DNA from: Escherichia coli | GTDB taxonomy: Bacteria; Pseudomonadota; Gammaproteobacteria; Enterobacterales; Enterobacteriaceae | DNA: 64,000 nucleotides | Strand: one strand, 5' to 3' | Assembly (NCBI RefSeq): GCF_046105845.1 | Contig: NZ_CP151004.1 | Part shown: positions 1-12,461 of the stretch, one piece after another | How the letters are laid out: every line of letters begins with the position of its first letter | How positions within the stretch are numbered: the first letter of the stretch is position 1 | Notes under the pieces: generated by a model | The model's database searches: none | What the model saw: the letters and a program-made list of their open reading frames with translations, nothing else | What the model was told of the DNA's origin: nothing | Position numbers and translations under genes: made by a program

Positions 1-32
1 GGAAATTAACCCGCTGCATTATTTCAGGCGAA

Positions 33-317
33 ATGATTATGAAAAATTGTCTACTGTTGGGCGCGCTTTTAATGGGCTTTACTGGTGTGGCGATGGCGCA
101 AAATGTCACCGTCGATGTGCCGAGTGGATACAAAGTGGTTGTGGTTCCTGATTCAGTCAGCGTTCCACAAGCGGTCAGCGTCGCGACTGTGCCGCAAACC
201 GTCTATGTGGCTCCTGCGCCAGCTCCGGCTTACCGCCCGCATCCTTATGTTCGCCATCTTGCCAGCGTAGGTGAAGGGATGGTTATCGAACACCAGATTG
301 ACGACCATCACCATTAA
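33..317 (+). CDS. ybjH: Uncharacterized small secreted protein YbjH (94 aa)
   Basis: ORF with N-terminal signal-peptide-like segment; matches E. coli YbjH by sequence recall and by position next to mdfA. Confidence 0.85.
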   Translation: MIMKNCLLLGALLMGFTGVAMAQNVTVDVPSGYKVVVVPDSVSVPQAVSVATVPQTVYVAPAPAPAYRPHPYVRHLASVGEGMVIEHQIDDHHH

Positions 318-326
318 TTCGAGAAA

Positions 327-359
327 GCCTGATCGCACAAAGCAATCAGGCATTTTTTT
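327..359. terminator. Hairpin (GCCTGAT/ATCAGGC stem) followed by T-run between convergent ybjH and mdfA; likely bidirectional terminator
   Basis: Inverted repeat 327-333/345-351 with T-run 353-359, read directly from sequence. Confidence 0.6.
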
Positions 360-1590
360 ACCCTTCGTGCGAATTTCCCATCTGTTTATCTTTTAAAAAG
401 ATAACCATCAGCAACAGCCACAAAATTCCGTTGACAAGGTTGAAGAGATTAAACAGTCCGTTGCCCCCGTTCAGCCAGGCATGTTTGCTGATTTCAATAC
501 CGACGGTAAAGATCAGCATTTGCAGCATTCCCATCGCCGCAGAAACCGTACCTTTACTCATATCGCTGGCAAACAGGGTTAATCGCACCAGTCCCGCATT
601 CGCCAGACCAATGCCGAAAGCATAAATACTTAACCCGGCGGTCATCCATAAATACGCGTGCGATGAGATAACCGTTGCCGCAGCAGCGACCAACAGACCA
701 ATCATAATCGGCCAGCCGCCCATAATAATCAGCGAACGTACGGTGCGACGCGAGGTCAGACGCGCTAACAGCAAGTTACCCGCAATTAACGCCCCGAAAA
801 TAGGCACTTGCAGCAAGCCATATTCATAGCTGCTCAACTGCTCACCGGTAATGATGATAATCGGCGACTGGGCGATCCACGCCAGCAATGGCAGGCTAAC
901 GAATCCCAGCGCCAGCGCCCCCGCCACAAAGCGACCGTTCTTCAGCACCAGCTTATAGTCACGACCGAGTTCTTTCAGCGACAGTTTCTCGCCTATACGC
1001 GTGGCGGTTTCAGGCATGGCTCGTTGCAGACCGAAAAAGGAGATCGCTGCCAATGCGGCAAACAAGACAAACATCCCTTCCCAGGGCAGCACATGGATCC
1101 ACGCCGCGCCCACCAGCGGACCAAGTAGCGGAGCAATCAGCGCCACGTTCGCCATTAGCGCGGTGATCTTGATACAAACCGCCTCTTCGAAGGATTCCTG
1201 AATTGCGGCGTATCCCACAGCGCCAATGAAACAGAGGCTTATGCCCTGCAAGAAGCGCAACAGGGTGAATTGTTCAATGTTTTGCGCCAGTAATATTGCC
1301 AGACAGGTGACGATAAACCACACCACTCCCGCCAGCATCACCGGACGGCGGCCAATACGATCCGACAGCGGCCCCAGGAGCCATTGTAAAAACATCCCGC
1401 CCGCCAGATACGCAGTCATCGAAGTAGGAACCCAATCAATGCCCGCCTGATATTGTTCCACCACGGCCAACATACCGGGTTGAATCATATCGTTGCCGAT
1501 ATAGGTTGAAAATTCGTAAAGCACCAGACAGAGAGGGAAAAGTAACGCCTGACGTCCAAGCCTGGCACCGGAAACTAATTTATTTTGCAT
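358..1590 (-). CDS. mdfA: MFS multidrug efflux transporter MdfA (Cmr), 410 aa
   Basis: ORF 358..1620; start placed at internal Met ([11 protein letters not shown]...) matching the conserved MdfA N-terminus; polytopic membrane protein. Confidence 0.93.
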   Translation of the reverse strand: MQNKLVSGARLGRQALLFPLCLVLYEFSTYIGNDMIQPGMLAVVEQYQAGIDWVPTSMTAYLAGGMFLQWLLGPLSDRIGRRPVMLAGVVWFIVTCLAILLAQNIEQFTLLRFLQGISLCFIGAVGYAAIQESFEEAVCIKITALMANVALIAPLLGPLVGAAWIHVLPWEGMFVLFAALAAISFFGLQRAMPETATRIGEKLSLKELGRDYKLVLKNGRFVAGALALGFVSLPLLAWIAQSPIIIITGEQLSSYEYGLLQVPIFGALIAGNLLLARLTSRRTVRSLIIMGGWPIMIGLLVAAAATVISSHAYLWMTAGLSIYAFGIGLANAGLVRLTLFASDMSKGTVSAAMGMLQMLIFTVGIEISKHAWLNGGNGLFNLFNLVNGILWLLLMVIFLKDKQMGNSHEG

Positions 1591-1874
1591 GCAATTTCTT
1601 CGCCAATAATAATCGCGCAAAGTTTAATAAAAGCGCAGCTAACGAGAAAGCGAATTTTGTAGCTGAAACCACGGTTAAGCACATTCTTACATTATTGCGA
1701 GTATAGCTACGCTTTCTTTAAGTTTTATTTAACCTATGCCCGTTACAATCACCCACCGTAAACAGGCCGCTTGAGGGAAATAAGACGATGCCGCTTTACC
1801 CAGTTTAACCTGCACTTTATTCTCAACGACTTGCCTGTATTGGCTCCCTTTTAATCACTTTGCGTCGGGAAGTT

Positions 1875-2471
1875 ATGCTGGAAAATTTGAATCTCTCTCT
1901 ATTCTCTCTTATTAACGCGACGCCAGACTCGGCTCCGTGGATGATCTCGTTGGCGATTTTTATTGCTAAAGATTTGATTACCGTGGTGCCGTTGCTGGCC
2001 GCGGTACTTTGGCTGTGGGGGCTTACAGCACAACGGCAACTGGTGATAAAAATCGCTATCGCGCTGGCGGTCAGCCTGTTTGTGTCCTGGTCGATGGGGC
2101 ATCTTTTTCCGCACGACCGACCCTTTGTCGAAAATATCGGCTATAACTTCCTGCATCATGCGGCGGATGACTCATTCCCGAGCGATCACGGTACGGTGAT
2201 TTTCACCTTTGCACTGGCATTTTTATGCTGGCATCGCCTGTGGTCCGGCTCACTTTTAATGGTGCTGGCCGTCGTCATTGCCTGGTCGCGCGTTTATCTT
2301 GGCGTCCACTGGCCGCTGGATATGCTCGGTGGATTGCTGGCAGGTATGATTGGCTGCCTTAGCGCCCAGATTATCTGGCAAGCGATGGGGCATAAACTCT
2401 ATCAACGTCTGCAATCGTGGTATCGTTTCTGTTTTGCATTACCGATCCGCAAAGGCTGGGTGCGTGACTGA
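1875..2471 (+). CDS. ybjG: Undecaprenyl-diphosphate phosphatase, PAP2 family (198 aa)
   Basis: ORF 1860..2471; start at Met-6 (MLENLNL...) matching YbjG; PAP2 motifs (PSDH, SR..H). Confidence 0.9.
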   Translation: MLENLNLSLFSLINATPDSAPWMISLAIFIAKDLITVVPLLAAVLWLWGLTAQRQLVIKIAIALAVSLFVSWSMGHLFPHDRPFVENIGYNFLHHAADDSFPSDHGTVIFTFALAFLCWHRLWSGSLLMVLAVVIAWSRVYLGVHWPLDMLGGLLAGMIGCLSAQIIWQAMGHKLYQRLQSWYRFCFALPIRKGWVRD

Positions 2472-2528
2472 TCTCTGCTAAAAAGTGTAGTATTGAGCGG
2501 CTCGCTTCAATAACTATTCAGAGGGATT

Positions 2529-3287
2529 ATGGAAACACGTCGCGAAGAGCGTATCGGGCAGCTGCTGCAAGAATTAAAACGCAGCGATAAGTTACATCTT
2601 AAAGACGCCGCCGCCCTGCTTGGGGTTTCGGAGATGACGATTCGTCGCGATCTGAACAACCACAGTGCGCCCGTCGTTTTGCTCGGCGGCTATATTGTTC
2701 TGGAACCGCGCAGCGCCAGCCATTACCTGTTAAGCGATCAAAAATCCCGCCTGGTGGAAGAAAAACGCCGGGCGGCAAAACTGGCTGCGACGCTGGTAGA
2801 ACCCGATCAGACCCTCTTTTTTGACTGTGGCACCACCACACCGTGGATTATTGAAGCGATTGATAACGAAATCCCTTTCACCGCCGTTTGTTATTCGCTA
2901 AATACCTTTCTGGCACTGAAAGAGAAACCCCATTGCCGCGCGTTTCTGTGTGGTGGTGAATTTCACGCCAGCAACGCCATTTTCAAACCCATCGATTTTC
3001 AGCAAACGCTGAATAATTTTTGCCCGGATATCGCTTTTTATTCCGCGGCGGGGGTGCATGTCAGTAAAGGCGCTACCTGTTTTAATCTTGAAGAGTTGCC
3101 GGTAAAACACTGGGCCATGTCGATGGCGCAAAAGCATGTGCTGGTTGTCGACCACAGTAAATTTGGCAAGGTGCGTCCGGCACGCATGGGTGACCTGAAA
3201 CGCTTTGATATTGTGGTGAGCGATTGTTGCCCGGAAGATGAGTATGTGAAGTACGCGCAGACGCAGCGTATTAAGTTGATGTATTAA
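2529..3287 (+). CDS. deoR: Deoxyribose operon repressor DeoR (252 aa)
   Basis: Full-length ORF, N-terminal HTH, recognised as DeoR; conserved position. Confidence 0.93.
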   Translation: METRREERIGQLLQELKRSDKLHLKDAAALLGVSEMTIRRDLNNHSAPVVLLGGYIVLEPRSASHYLLSDQKSRLVEEKRRAAKLAATLVEPDQTLFFDCGTTTPWIIEAIDNEIPFTAVCYSLNTFLALKEKPHCRAFLCGGEFHASNAIFKPIDFQQTLNNFCPDIAFYSAAGVHVSKGATCFNLEELPVKHWAMSMAQKHVLVVDHSKFGKVRPARMGDLKRFDIVVSDCCPEDEYVKYAQTQRIKLMY

Positions 3288-3297
3288 TGACGTATTA

Positions 3298-3322
3298 CCG
3301 GATGACGTTTCGCGCCATCCGG
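3298..3322. other. Intergenic hairpin (CCGGATG/CATCCGG) between deoR and dacC
   Basis: Inverted repeat read from sequence; no U-tract, so terminator function uncertain. Confidence 0.35.
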
Positions 3323-3333
3323 TTATCAGAAGA

Positions 3334-4536
3334 TTAAGAGAACCAGCTGCCGAACCACTGATGGAATTTCATCATAACGAAATCCCACATCCGCCCAAAG
3401 AATCCGCCCTCTTCCACATTTTCCATCACGATCAGCGGACGCTGCTCAATGGATTTACCGTTAAGCTGGAAATCAATGGTCCCGACAACCTGACCTTTTT
3501 TCAGCGGTGCGGTAAGCTGCGGTTCCGTTAACGTGTAGCTCGCTTTCAGGTTTTTCAGCTGCCCACGCGGTATGGTCACTGAGCCCGCTTCGCCTGCCCC
3601 GAGATTCACTTCGCTCTTATCACCAAACCAGACGCGCTGAGTCACAAAGGTGGCATCAGGTTTAATTGGCGTCACGGTTTCAAAGAAGCGGAAACCCCAG
3701 GTCAATAATTTCTCAGACTCATTAAAACGGATACGGTCAGTTTTCGCCCCCAGCACTACGGAGATTAAACGCATATCACCCTGGGTAGCCGAAGCAACCA
3801 GATTATATCCCGCGCCTGCCGTGGTTCCTGTCTTCATGCCATCAACATTCAGATTGCTGCTCCACAGCAGACGGTTACGGTTAGGCTGTCGAATTTTGTT
3901 GAAGGTGAACTCTTTCTCTTTATGAATGGCGTACTCTTCCGGCACATCGTGGATTAATGCTTTACCCAGCAATGCCATATCGCGCGCGGTACTGAACTGC
4001 CCCGGCGCATCCAGACCGTGCACCGTCTGGAAGGTAGTGTTGGTCAGACCCAGTTTTTTGGCATAACCATTCATCAGACCAATAAATGACTCCTGGCTCC
4101 CGGCAACGTAATCGGCCAGCGCAATACAGGCGTCATTACCGGACTGGATAATCACACCTTTGTTCAGGTCTGCCACCGAAACCTGATCGCCCGGTTTAAG
4201 GAACATTACCGATGAACCACGCAGTGCCGGATTTCCCGTCGCCCAGGCATCTTTACCGACCGTCACCATATCGGTGAGTTTAATCTTATCGGCCTTAAGC
4301 GCCTGCCCAACCACATAGCTGGTCATGATTTTAGTCAGGCTCGCGGGGTCCAGTTTTTCATCCGCATTGCCTTCTGCCAGCACTTTACCGCTGGCGTAAT
4401 CCATTAAAATCCATGCACGCGCATCCACGCTCGGCGCTTCAACGGTTTGTTCCGCCGCGAATGCCGTTGGGGCAAAAAGGAATAAAAATGCAGAACCCGC
4501 TGCAAGACCACGAAGGAGAGAGGAGTATTGCGTCAT
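3334..4536 (-). CDS. dacC: D-alanyl-D-alanine carboxypeptidase DacC (PBP6), 400 aa
   Basis: ORF 3334..4557; start at Met-8 ([10 protein letters not shown]...) with signal peptide; SxxK motif (SLTK). Confidence 0.93.
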   Translation of the reverse strand: MTQYSSLLRGLAAGSAFLFLFAPTAFAAEQTVEAPSVDARAWILMDYASGKVLAEGNADEKLDPASLTKIMTSYVVGQALKADKIKLTDMVTVGKDAWATGNPALRGSSVMFLKPGDQVSVADLNKGVIIQSGNDACIALADYVAGSQESFIGLMNGYAKKLGLTNTTFQTVHGLDAPGQFSTARDMALLGKALIHDVPEEYAIHKEKEFTFNKIRQPNRNRLLWSSNLNVDGMKTGTTAGAGYNLVASATQGDMRLISVVLGAKTDRIRFNESEKLLTWGFRFFETVTPIKPDATFVTQRVWFGDKSEVNLGAGEAGSVTIPRGQLKNLKASYTLTEPQLTAPLKKGQVVGTIDFQLNGKSIEQRPLIVMENVEEGGFFGRMWDFVMMKFHQWFGSWFS

Positions 4537-4782
4537 AAATGCCACCCGAGTATCCATTCAAAAAAAATACGTTATATCGCCGTATGATAAGTTCGGTGAT
4601 TAATAACGCACACACAAACTTAAAGAAACCGTAAGTTGGTAAAGTTTTTAAAGTTTATGCAATATCCTGCCGCTTCGCTGCTTCTGGTGTCATTTTTTTG
4701 CCAGCTGTTGCTTAAAAGTTAACTTTACTTCACCATCGGAGTCCTGTTCAGCCTGTGGCTGCCTGTCGGAAAAGGGGTGAGT

Positions 4783-5409
4783 ATGATTACGCTGTGGGGT
4801 CGGAATAATTCAACCAACGTAAAAAAAGTATTGCTGACGCTCGAAGAACTGGAACTACCTTATGAGCAAATTCTCGCGGGCCGTGAGTTTGGGATAAATC
4901 ACGATGCTGATTTTCTGGCGATGAACCCTAACGGGCTGGTGCCGTTGTTGCGTGACGACGAAAGTGATCTCATTCTTTGGGAATCAAACGCCATTGTCCG
5001 CTATCTGGCGGCACAGTACGGGCAAAAACGCCTGTGGATCGACTCACCGGCACGTCGTGCGGAAGCAGAAAAATGGATGGACTGGGCAAACCAGACGCTC
5101 AGTAATGCTCATCGCGGGATCCTGATGGGATTAGTCAGAACACCACCGGAAGAGCGCGATCAGGCCGCCATTGATGCCAGTTGTAAAGAGTGCGACGCCC
5201 TGTTTGCCCTGCTCGATGCGGAACTGGCAAAAGTAAAATGGTTCTCTGGCGACGAGTTTGGTGTGGGCGATATCGCTATCGCTCCGTTCATCTACAATTT
5301 GTTTAACGTTGGCCTGACCTGGACACCGCGTCCAAATCTGCAACGCTGGTATCAGCAACTCACTGAACGCCCCGCAGTGCGCAAAGTGGTGATGATTCCC
5401 GTTAGCTAA
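4783..5409 (+). CDS. gstB: Glutathione S-transferase GstB (YliJ), 208 aa
   Basis: ORF 4777..5409; start at MITLWGRN matching GstB. Confidence 0.9.
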
Positions 5410-6521
5410 TTGCGTGGGCTAACTTTAAGTAATTCCCCACTGGACTCGTCGGTGAGAACGTATAAATAACCGTCGGGTCCAGTGCGAACATCACGAATTC
5501 GCTGCCCTCTGTCCGTTAAAATACGGCCATCTTCTGTCACTTCGTCGCCGTTGACGCTCATCACAATGACATCTTTATCTTTCAGCGCGCCAATAAATAA
5601 TTTTTGCTGCCACTGGGGGAATTTATCGCTGTTATAGAAGGCCATACCGCTCACGGCGGGCGAATCTTTCCAGTAAAAAACAGGTTGCTCGGTCCCGGCG
5701 ACGATCTCCCCTTTCGCTTCCGGTATCTTAAAGCCTGAATAGTTGATTCCCCAGGTTGCCAGCGGCCAGCCGTAGTTTTTGCCTTTTTGCGGGATATTAA
5801 TTTCATCGCCACCGCGCGGGCCATGTTCATTCAGCCATAGTGCATTACTCCACGGATTCATCGCCATTCCTTGCGGATTACGAATGCCATAAGACCAGAT
5901 CTCGGCGCGCGCACCGGATTCCTTTATAAAAGGATTATCATCCGGGATTTCGCCCTGGTCGGTCAGACGCACCAGTTTGCCCTGTAATTTATCCAGATCC
6001 TGCGCCGTCGGGCGCTGATTGTTTTCGCCCAGAGCAATAAAAAGATAACCTTTACCGTCGAATACCAGCCGCCCGCCAAAATGGTTGCCGGTAGACAGTT
6101 TTGGCATCTGGCGAAAGACGGTGCGGAAGTCGGTCACTTTTGAGAGATCATCACTTAAGCGGCCATAACCCACAGCAGTTCCGGCTTTGCCATCATCGCC
6201 AACTTCGGAATAACTTAACCAGATGCGGCTCGACTGAGCAAAATCAGGCGCTAAAACCACGTCCAGCAGACCGCCCTGCCCGTGCGCCCAAACGTCCGGC
6301 ACTCCGGAAAGCGGCGCAGATAATCCTTTTCCTGCTTGCCAGTGACGCAACTCGCCGCCGCGCAGAGTGATTAACATACCGTGATTATCGGGTAAAAAGG
6401 CCAGCGCCCAGGGATGGTCGAGTTTGTCTTGCAGTACTTCGACATTTACCGTTGCAGGAGCCGCCCAGAGAGCGGAAGAAAGACAAATAAGGGGCACAGA
6501 GAAAAAGAATTGTCGATGCAT
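5406..6521 (-). CDS. yliI: Soluble aldose sugar dehydrogenase YliI (PQQ-dependent), 371 aa
   Basis: Full ORF with signal peptide; recognised YliI sequence; 4-bp convergent overlap with gstB. Confidence 0.9.
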
Positions 6522-6601
6522 AACGCCTCCGGATTGACTCTGGCTTAAAGCGTAGTCAGTGGAGGAGATAACAAATTCATTTTTACAAAAACTTAAACAT
6601 G

Positions 6602-6626
6602 AAGGGGGAGACGCTTTCTCCCCCTT
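6602..6626. other. 10-bp perfect inverted repeat (AAGGGGGAGA/TCTCCCCCTT) between bssR and yliI
   Basis: Read directly from sequence; terminator-like stem-loop. Confidence 0.4.
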
Positions 6627-6631
6627 AGTTT

Positions 6632-7015
6632 TCAGGCCTTCTCAAGCATGGTGTGCTTCTGCAGGCTCTGGATACTCAGCGTTAAGCTCATCAGACAATT
6701 TTCAAGCTTATCGGCGTTGACGGTAATAACAGTCGGGCAATCATGGTGCCCACTCATCAAACATACTGCGGCTGTCGCTAATGCTTCTTCAGCATGATGA
6801 AGAGCACTCCACTCTTCCTGATCCAGATGAAGATTCAACCGCAGCGATTTATCGTGCAGTTCGCGATTCAGTTTAAAAAAGTTATCTCGTAGATGATTGC
6901 TTTCGCTGACGGACATGTATCCTTTTGCCTTCCTCAGTTGCACGTATGCGGCGAGGTCAACGCGTGCGTCGATCAACCGGTTCAGCAGATCGATTCGCTG
7001 TCTGTCAACGAACAT
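6632..7015 (-). CDS. bssR: Biofilm regulator BssR (YliH), 127 aa
   Basis: ORF 6632..7048; start at internal Met (MFVDRQRIDLL...) matching BssR. Confidence 0.88.
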   Translation of the reverse strand: MFVDRQRIDLLNRLIDARVDLAAYVQLRKAKGYMSVSESNHLRDNFFKLNRELHDKSLRLNLHLDQEEWSALHHAEEALATAAVCLMSGHHDCPTVITVNADKLENCLMSLTLSIQSLQKHTMLEKA

Positions 7016-7227
7016 ACTTCGATCCTCCTCTTTCCAGCCTTGTTGCAATTAAATAGTATGGCTATTTTTTGAGCAAAATGCTGTCCAGGATCAATTCTTC
7101 ACGCCGAATTAACAAAATTTACATTTCCTTCGCCTCCGCCAGCGAATGAGATTGCGATACAAATTTTATCCAGAACTCTGTAGAATCCCTGCCCTGACCT
7201 TTCCTGTAACTGAATATTTTTTAAGCT

Positions 7228-8553
7228 ATGAGCAAAGTAACTCCCCAGCCGAAAATCGGCTTTGTTTCCCTTGGCTGCCCGAAAAACCTTGTCGATTCAG
7301 AGCGTATTCTCACCGAACTACGCACTGAAGGTTATGACGTGGTACCGAGCTATGACGATGCGGACATGGTGATCGTCAACACCTGCGGCTTTATTGACAG
7401 CGCGGTACAAGAATCACTGGAAGCCATTGGTGAAGCGTTGAATGAAAACGGCAAGGTAATTGTGACCGGTTGTCTGGGGGCAAAAGAAGATCAGATCCGC
7501 GAAATCCACCCGAAAGTGCTGGAAATCACCGGGCCTCATAGCTATGAGCAGGTTCTGGAGCACGTTCATCACTACGTGCCAAAACCGAAACACAACCCAT
7601 TCCTGAGCCTGGTGCCAGAACAAGGCGTGAAACTGACGCCGCGTCATTATGCCTATCTGAAAATTTCTGAAGGTTGTAATCACCGCTGCACCTTCTGCAT
7701 TATTCCGTCTATGCGCGGCGACCTGGTGAGCCGTCCGATTGGCGAAGTGTTAAGTGAAGCGAAACGTCTGGTTGATGCGGGCGTTAAAGAGATTCTGGTG
7801 ATCTCGCAGGATACTTCCGCCTATGGCGTCGATGTTAAACATCGTACTGGCTTCCACAACGGCGAGCCGGTAAAAACCAGCATGGTCAGCCTGTGCGAAC
7901 AGTTATCGAAACTGGGGATCTGGACACGTCTGCACTACGTTTACCCTTATCCGCATGTGGACGACGTCATCCCACTGATGGCAGAAGGCAAAATCCTGCC
8001 CTATCTGGACATTCCGTTGCAGCACGCCAGCCCGCGCATTCTCAAACTGATGAAGCGTCCGGGTTCTGTAGATCGCCAACTCGCGCGCATCAAACAGTGG
8101 CGCGAAATCTGCCCGGAACTGACCCTACGCTCAACCTTTATTGTCGGCTTCCCTGGCGAGACAGAAGAAGATTTCCAGATGCTACTCGACTTCCTGAAAG
8201 AAGCGCGTCTGGATCGCGTTGGCTGCTTTAAATACAGCCCGGTTGAAGGTGCAGACGCCAATGCCCTGCCTGACCAGGTTCCGGAAGAAGTGAAAGAAGA
8301 ACGCTGGAACCGTTTCATGCAGCTGCAGCAGCAGATTTCCGCCGAGCGCCTGCAAGCGAAAGTGGGCCGTGAAATTCTGGTGATTATCGACGAAGTGGAC
8401 GAAGAAGGCGCGATTGGTCGCAGCATGGCAGATGCACCGGAAATCGACGGTGCGGTTTATCTCAATGGTGAAACCAACGTTAAGCCGGGTGATATCCTGC
8501 GTGTGAAAGTCGAGCACGCCGATGAGTACGATTTGTGGGGTAGCCGGGTTTAA
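7228..8553 (+). CDS. rimO: Ribosomal protein S12 methylthiotransferase RimO (radical SAM), 441 aa
   Basis: Full ORF; radical SAM CxxxCxxC motif (CNHRCTFC); recognised RimO. Confidence 0.93.
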   Translation: MSKVTPQPKIGFVSLGCPKNLVDSERILTELRTEGYDVVPSYDDADMVIVNTCGFIDSAVQESLEAIGEALNENGKVIVTGCLGAKEDQIREIHPKVLEITGPHSYEQVLEHVHHYVPKPKHNPFLSLVPEQGVKLTPRHYAYLKISEGCNHRCTFCIIPSMRGDLVSRPIGEVLSEAKRLVDAGVKEILVISQDTSAYGVDVKHRTGFHNGEPVKTSMVSLCEQLSKLGIWTRLHYVYPYPHVDDVIPLMAEGKILPYLDIPLQHASPRILKLMKRPGSVDRQLARIKQWREICPELTLRSTFIVGFPGETEEDFQMLLDFLKEARLDRVGCFKYSPVEGADANALPDQVPEEVKEERWNRFMQLQQQISAERLQAKVGREILVIIDEVDEEGAIGRSMADAPEIDGAVYLNGETNVKPGDILRVKVEHADEYDLWGSRV

Positions 8554-8599
8554 TTAATTCAGGCCGGGCAAAATCATTTGTCCGGCCTGCGAATAATGA

Positions 8600-9928
8600 T
8601 TACTGCCAGCTAATCTGCGCCCTGCCGTTTTTCTTACTCTTATACAGTCGCTCATCCGCCAGCATTTTCAAGCGTTCGACGGTAGTACATTCATTTGAAT
8701 GCGCTACACCGATACTGGTGCTTAAATTAATGCTTCCCACCTGGAAATGAACAATTTCTTTTAGAATCGATAGCAACTCTTCCAGCGTTCCACCCGTATA
8801 AATCACCGCAAATTCGTCACCGCCGAAGCGGTAGACTTTACCTTTATCTACCGGGATCTGTGATTTAAGGATTTTCACCACTTTCATCAACACTTCATCG
8901 CCCAGCAAATGACCGAAGGTGTCGTTAATGTTTTTGAATTTATCGACGTCAAACAGGCACAAATAACCGCCTTTTTCCGGCAGCGCTTTTAAATCTTCGT
9001 CAAAGGATTTTCTGCCCATTGCTTTGGTCAGGTCATCCAGGAACGCCGAGTTATACAGACTGTAGAGTTTTTTGACATCGGCAGCCGAAAAGAAAAGCCC
9101 GCCATCCAGTACGCGTTCAAAATGGTTATTAATGATGGCTTCTTTCTCCACAATACCACGATTAATCACTCTGCGTACCAGATAGAGGCAACTGACACCC
9201 GAAATCACTGCCACCAATGCGGCAAAGAAAATAATCAATGTACAGACCCGCAAATAAACATCTTTTTTATACGCAAATACGTACAATCCGGTCGGCAAAT
9301 AGGCGAAGTGCTCCATCGCTTCCGAAACGGTGAAGATGGCGTTTTTAGCATTAAATTCATCACCGGTCACCGGTTTACCGTTCTTAAACAGAGAGAACAT
9401 CAGGTTCTCGCTATCCATCGCCAGCGATTTTGACAGTAAAGAAAAACGCTCCAGACCAAGCAAAAATATCAGACTACGATTATGAGTTACCGGATAGAGG
9501 TAATAGACGAAGGTTTTACCGTCAAAAGAGATAAACCCTGTATTTTTGACATGTCGATACTTCACAATCTGCATAATATCTGCACAATAATTTTTCTCGA
9601 ACTCCTTTACCTGAATACATTCGTCACTGGAAATCAGATAAGGACCGACATCGTACAAATAAGAGGGTGAAACCGAGTCGGCGTAAGCTGTGCGTAAGCC
9701 AACCAACAGCTGTTCCTCCGTGGGATTTAGCGTGTTGATAAGATCAATTGCCACGCTACGCCGATATTCAGCAATATTTGCCACCGCAAAAGCAGTATCA
9801 ATAACGGACTGTTTCAGGCCATACACCCGTTCCTTTACCATTTGAGTGTAGATCCCGCAGGCAACTGCTGAAATCATGATAAAAATCAGCAGACTGACTG
9901 TAAGTACGAACTTATTGATTCTGGACAT
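8600..9928 (-). CDS. dgcI: Membrane-anchored GGDEF-domain protein DgcI (YliF), 442 aa
   Basis: Full ORF; N-terminal TM plus C-terminal GGDEF-type domain (RFGGDEF); conserved position. Confidence 0.9.
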   Translation of the reverse strand: MSRINKFVLTVSLLIFIMISAVACGIYTQMVKERVYGLKQSVIDTAFAVANIAEYRRSVAIDLINTLNPTEEQLLVGLRTAYADSVSPSYLYDVGPYLISSDECIQVKEFEKNYCADIMQIVKYRHVKNTGFISFDGKTFVYYLYPVTHNRSLIFLLGLERFSLLSKSLAMDSENLMFSLFKNGKPVTGDEFNAKNAIFTVSEAMEHFAYLPTGLYVFAYKKDVYLRVCTLIIFFAALVAVISGVSCLYLVRRVINRGIVEKEAIINNHFERVLDGGLFFSAADVKKLYSLYNSAFLDDLTKAMGRKSFDEDLKALPEKGGYLCLFDVDKFKNINDTFGHLLGDEVLMKVVKILKSQIPVDKGKVYRFGGDEFAVIYTGGTLEELLSILKEIVHFQVGSINLSTSIGVAHSNECTTVERLKMLADERLYKSKKNGRAQISWQ

Positions 9929-9935
9929 ACGTAAA

Positions 9936-12284
9936 CTACTCTTTTACTAATTTTCCACTTTTATCCCAGGCGGAGAACGGCATGGGTTTCTGGTACAGAT
10001 ACCCCTGAGCCTGAACACATCCTAATTTGATTAATTCGCGCGCAACGTCTTCGCTCTCTACGCCTTCCGCAATCACCGGGATCCGGTTATAGCGTGCCAG
10101 ATCGAAAATAATGCGCACAATTTTTCCCGCAGTACCGAAAATATCGCCGGTAAATTGTGAGTCCACCTTTATGCTATCTGGATTAATTTCATAAAAACGT
10201 TTCAGGTTTGACAAACCGGTGCCAAAGTCATCAATCGATATCCGTACCCCTTGTTTACGCAGTTGTTCAATATTGAGATAAAAATGTTCATTAATTCGCT
10301 CGATCACGGTTTCAGTGATCTCAACACAGAGGCTGTTCGCCTTCAGGCCATTTTCTTCCATGATGGTGGTAAAACGCTCATGAAAGTGTGGTTCGTTTAA
10401 CTCCCAGGGCGAAACATTAATATGCAGTAAGAAATCATCCTTCAGCGACGCACGCTGACTAAAATGTCTGAATTCACCCATTGCCGTTTTAATAATCTGA
10501 TAACCCAGCTCATTGATAAACCCGATATCTTCAGCAATGGTAATGAACTTTAGCGGTGAAATGATCCCCCGCTCCGCAGACACCCAACGGCACAACGCCT
10601 CCGCGCCCAGAATGGTGCGGGTGTTAATATCAACGATCGGTTGATAGACGAGGAATAGTTCGCCAATTTCCATTGCATGGCGAATATTACGCGCAATCCA
10701 GATATTCTCTTCTATTTCGTTGAGTTTCGCGTCATCACAGAAAATAAACTCGGAGAACATATGGTCACGGATACTGGAAATCGCCAGTTTCAGTTTTTCT
10801 GCGTAACTCCAGGCGTTTTCCCCCTGCAAAGGTTCACAAATGGCAGACTTATGGATGCGCAGATTGCGGTAGCCAAAGCTGCTGTCAAAATCGTTTATCA
10901 TCGCTATTTTACGGGTAAATGTCTGTACATTTTCCCGGCACAGAAGTAAATAGAGATCGGCATTGAATGTCACGATATCGCAGCATTGCGCATATTTCTC
11001 GGCAATTCGCTGACACAATTTCCTGACGATTTTATTGCGTTCATCAACACCAAACACCGCTTCCACGGCTTCCAGACCACACAGTTTGATGATCCCCACA
11101 GCCAGATACTGATTATTGTTAGACTCAATAATCGCCATATTTTTAATAAAACCGCTTTCCTGATCGTAAGAGATCAGTGAGAGCAATTTATTTGACCGTT
11201 CAATTTCGGCATCTTTCATTTCCGCGATCGAATTTTTGATGCTGATAATCTCTTTCGCATCGCCTTCGCGAATTTTCAGAGCCTCGATCTGATCCGTTGA
11301 GTCGGGCAAAAACGCCAGCGTATTAACCAGCTCGGTCATTTCAGAAAATTGCCGACGGAACACACGAGTGGTCATTAAATAAACCACCAGCAATACGATA
11401 ATAATGAAAGCAAACGGCAGATAAAAAAGTTTATCTGATGCGTTCAATAAATTACCACCAGGATAATAAAAATAGATTTCGAATAATGCGTTGTTTGGCA
11501 CCGCTGAAGTTTTTTCGATATATTCAGTATCGACAGAATCAATAATATTATAATTACCTTCGCTATTATAAATAATTAGTTTTTCACGAGCGAGTTGATT
11601 CTTGGCAATGATCTCATGGCCTTGTTTCAAAAATAGAACTTCATCATTAGCGCTGATTTGATCAAGATACTCGTTCAGATATCGCCAGTTTAAATCGACA
11701 TGTATTTTATCCACCGCTAACAAATCGTGATCTTTGCCGTTGATGCGTAGCGTAAAAGAGATACATTTTTTACCCGGACGATCAAAGCAATTGTAGGCCG
11801 GATTCCAGCTGTTGTTAGAGTCATCTGAAGCCACCGACCATGGTCGTTTCGATGGATTAAAATCGGCAAAAATAACCCGCCCTGACTCGTCGACAAGCGG
11901 TCCATTTACTTCTTCCTGATGATAAACAACGATTTTATCATTCGCCCTCCGCGAAAAGAGATAATATTTATTATCATCAAGTACCAGTCCCACCGAGTCT
12001 AAAAATGGCATCATTTCCATTTTAAGGATCACAGCGCGTTGAATCTCCTCTGTATTTTTTAATAAATACAGTGAGTCCTTTAATGTCAGGGCCGAACGTT
12101 CAATATCTTTAAAGAAATAGCCAACGTTTTTCTGAATAAGTTCAAAGCGGCTATCGGCACGTTTTACCGCGCGTTCCAATACCAGTTGATAGTTAATGAT
12201 GAAAAAAAGGCCAATAAATGACAGTGCTGCCAATAAAAATAAAATTATCAGCCTTATCTTTATCTTTTCGTATAAACTCAGCAT
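9936..12284 (-). CDS. pdeI: c-di-GMP phosphodiesterase PdeI (YliE), EAL domain, 782 aa
   Basis: ORF 9936..12362; start at Met-27 (MLSLYEKIK...) matching YliE; C-terminal EAL-type domain. Confidence 0.9.
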   Translation of the reverse strand: MLSLYEKIKIRLIILFLLAALSFIGLFFIINYQLVLERAVKRADSRFELIQKNVGYFFKDIERSALTLKDSLYLLKNTEEIQRAVILKMEMMPFLDSVGLVLDDNKYYLFSRRANDKIVVYHQEEVNGPLVDESGRVIFADFNPSKRPWSVASDDSNNSWNPAYNCFDRPGKKCISFTLRINGKDHDLLAVDKIHVDLNWRYLNEYLDQISANDEVLFLKQGHEIIAKNQLAREKLIIYNSEGNYNIIDSVDTEYIEKTSAVPNNALFEIYFYYPGGNLLNASDKLFYLPFAFIIIVLLVVYLMTTRVFRRQFSEMTELVNTLAFLPDSTDQIEALKIREGDAKEIISIKNSIAEMKDAEIERSNKLLSLISYDQESGFIKNMAIIESNNNQYLAVGIIKLCGLEAVEAVFGVDERNKIVRKLCQRIAEKYAQCCDIVTFNADLYLLLCRENVQTFTRKIAMINDFDSSFGYRNLRIHKSAICEPLQGENAWSYAEKLKLAISSIRDHMFSEFIFCDDAKLNEIEENIWIARNIRHAMEIGELFLVYQPIVDINTRTILGAEALCRWVSAERGIISPLKFITIAEDIGFINELGYQIIKTAMGEFRHFSQRASLKDDFLLHINVSPWELNEPHFHERFTTIMEENGLKANSLCVEITETVIERINEHFYLNIEQLRKQGVRISIDDFGTGLSNLKRFYEINPDSIKVDSQFTGDIFGTAGKIVRIIFDLARYNRIPVIAEGVESEDVARELIKLGCVQAQGYLYQKPMPFSAWDKSGKLVKE

Positions 12285-12461
12285 GTTAATACATTTAACA
12301 AAATAACTGTCTGAACGCTGTGCCGCTGCAAAAACAGTCCCTTGCTGCGGCTTTTTAACCAAATTACCCGATTCTACAAAATCAGCAGAAAGTTACAACA
12401 CTTGCTTAGGGCAATAATTTCCTGTGAGGTGATTACCCTTTCAAGCAATATTCAAACGTAA

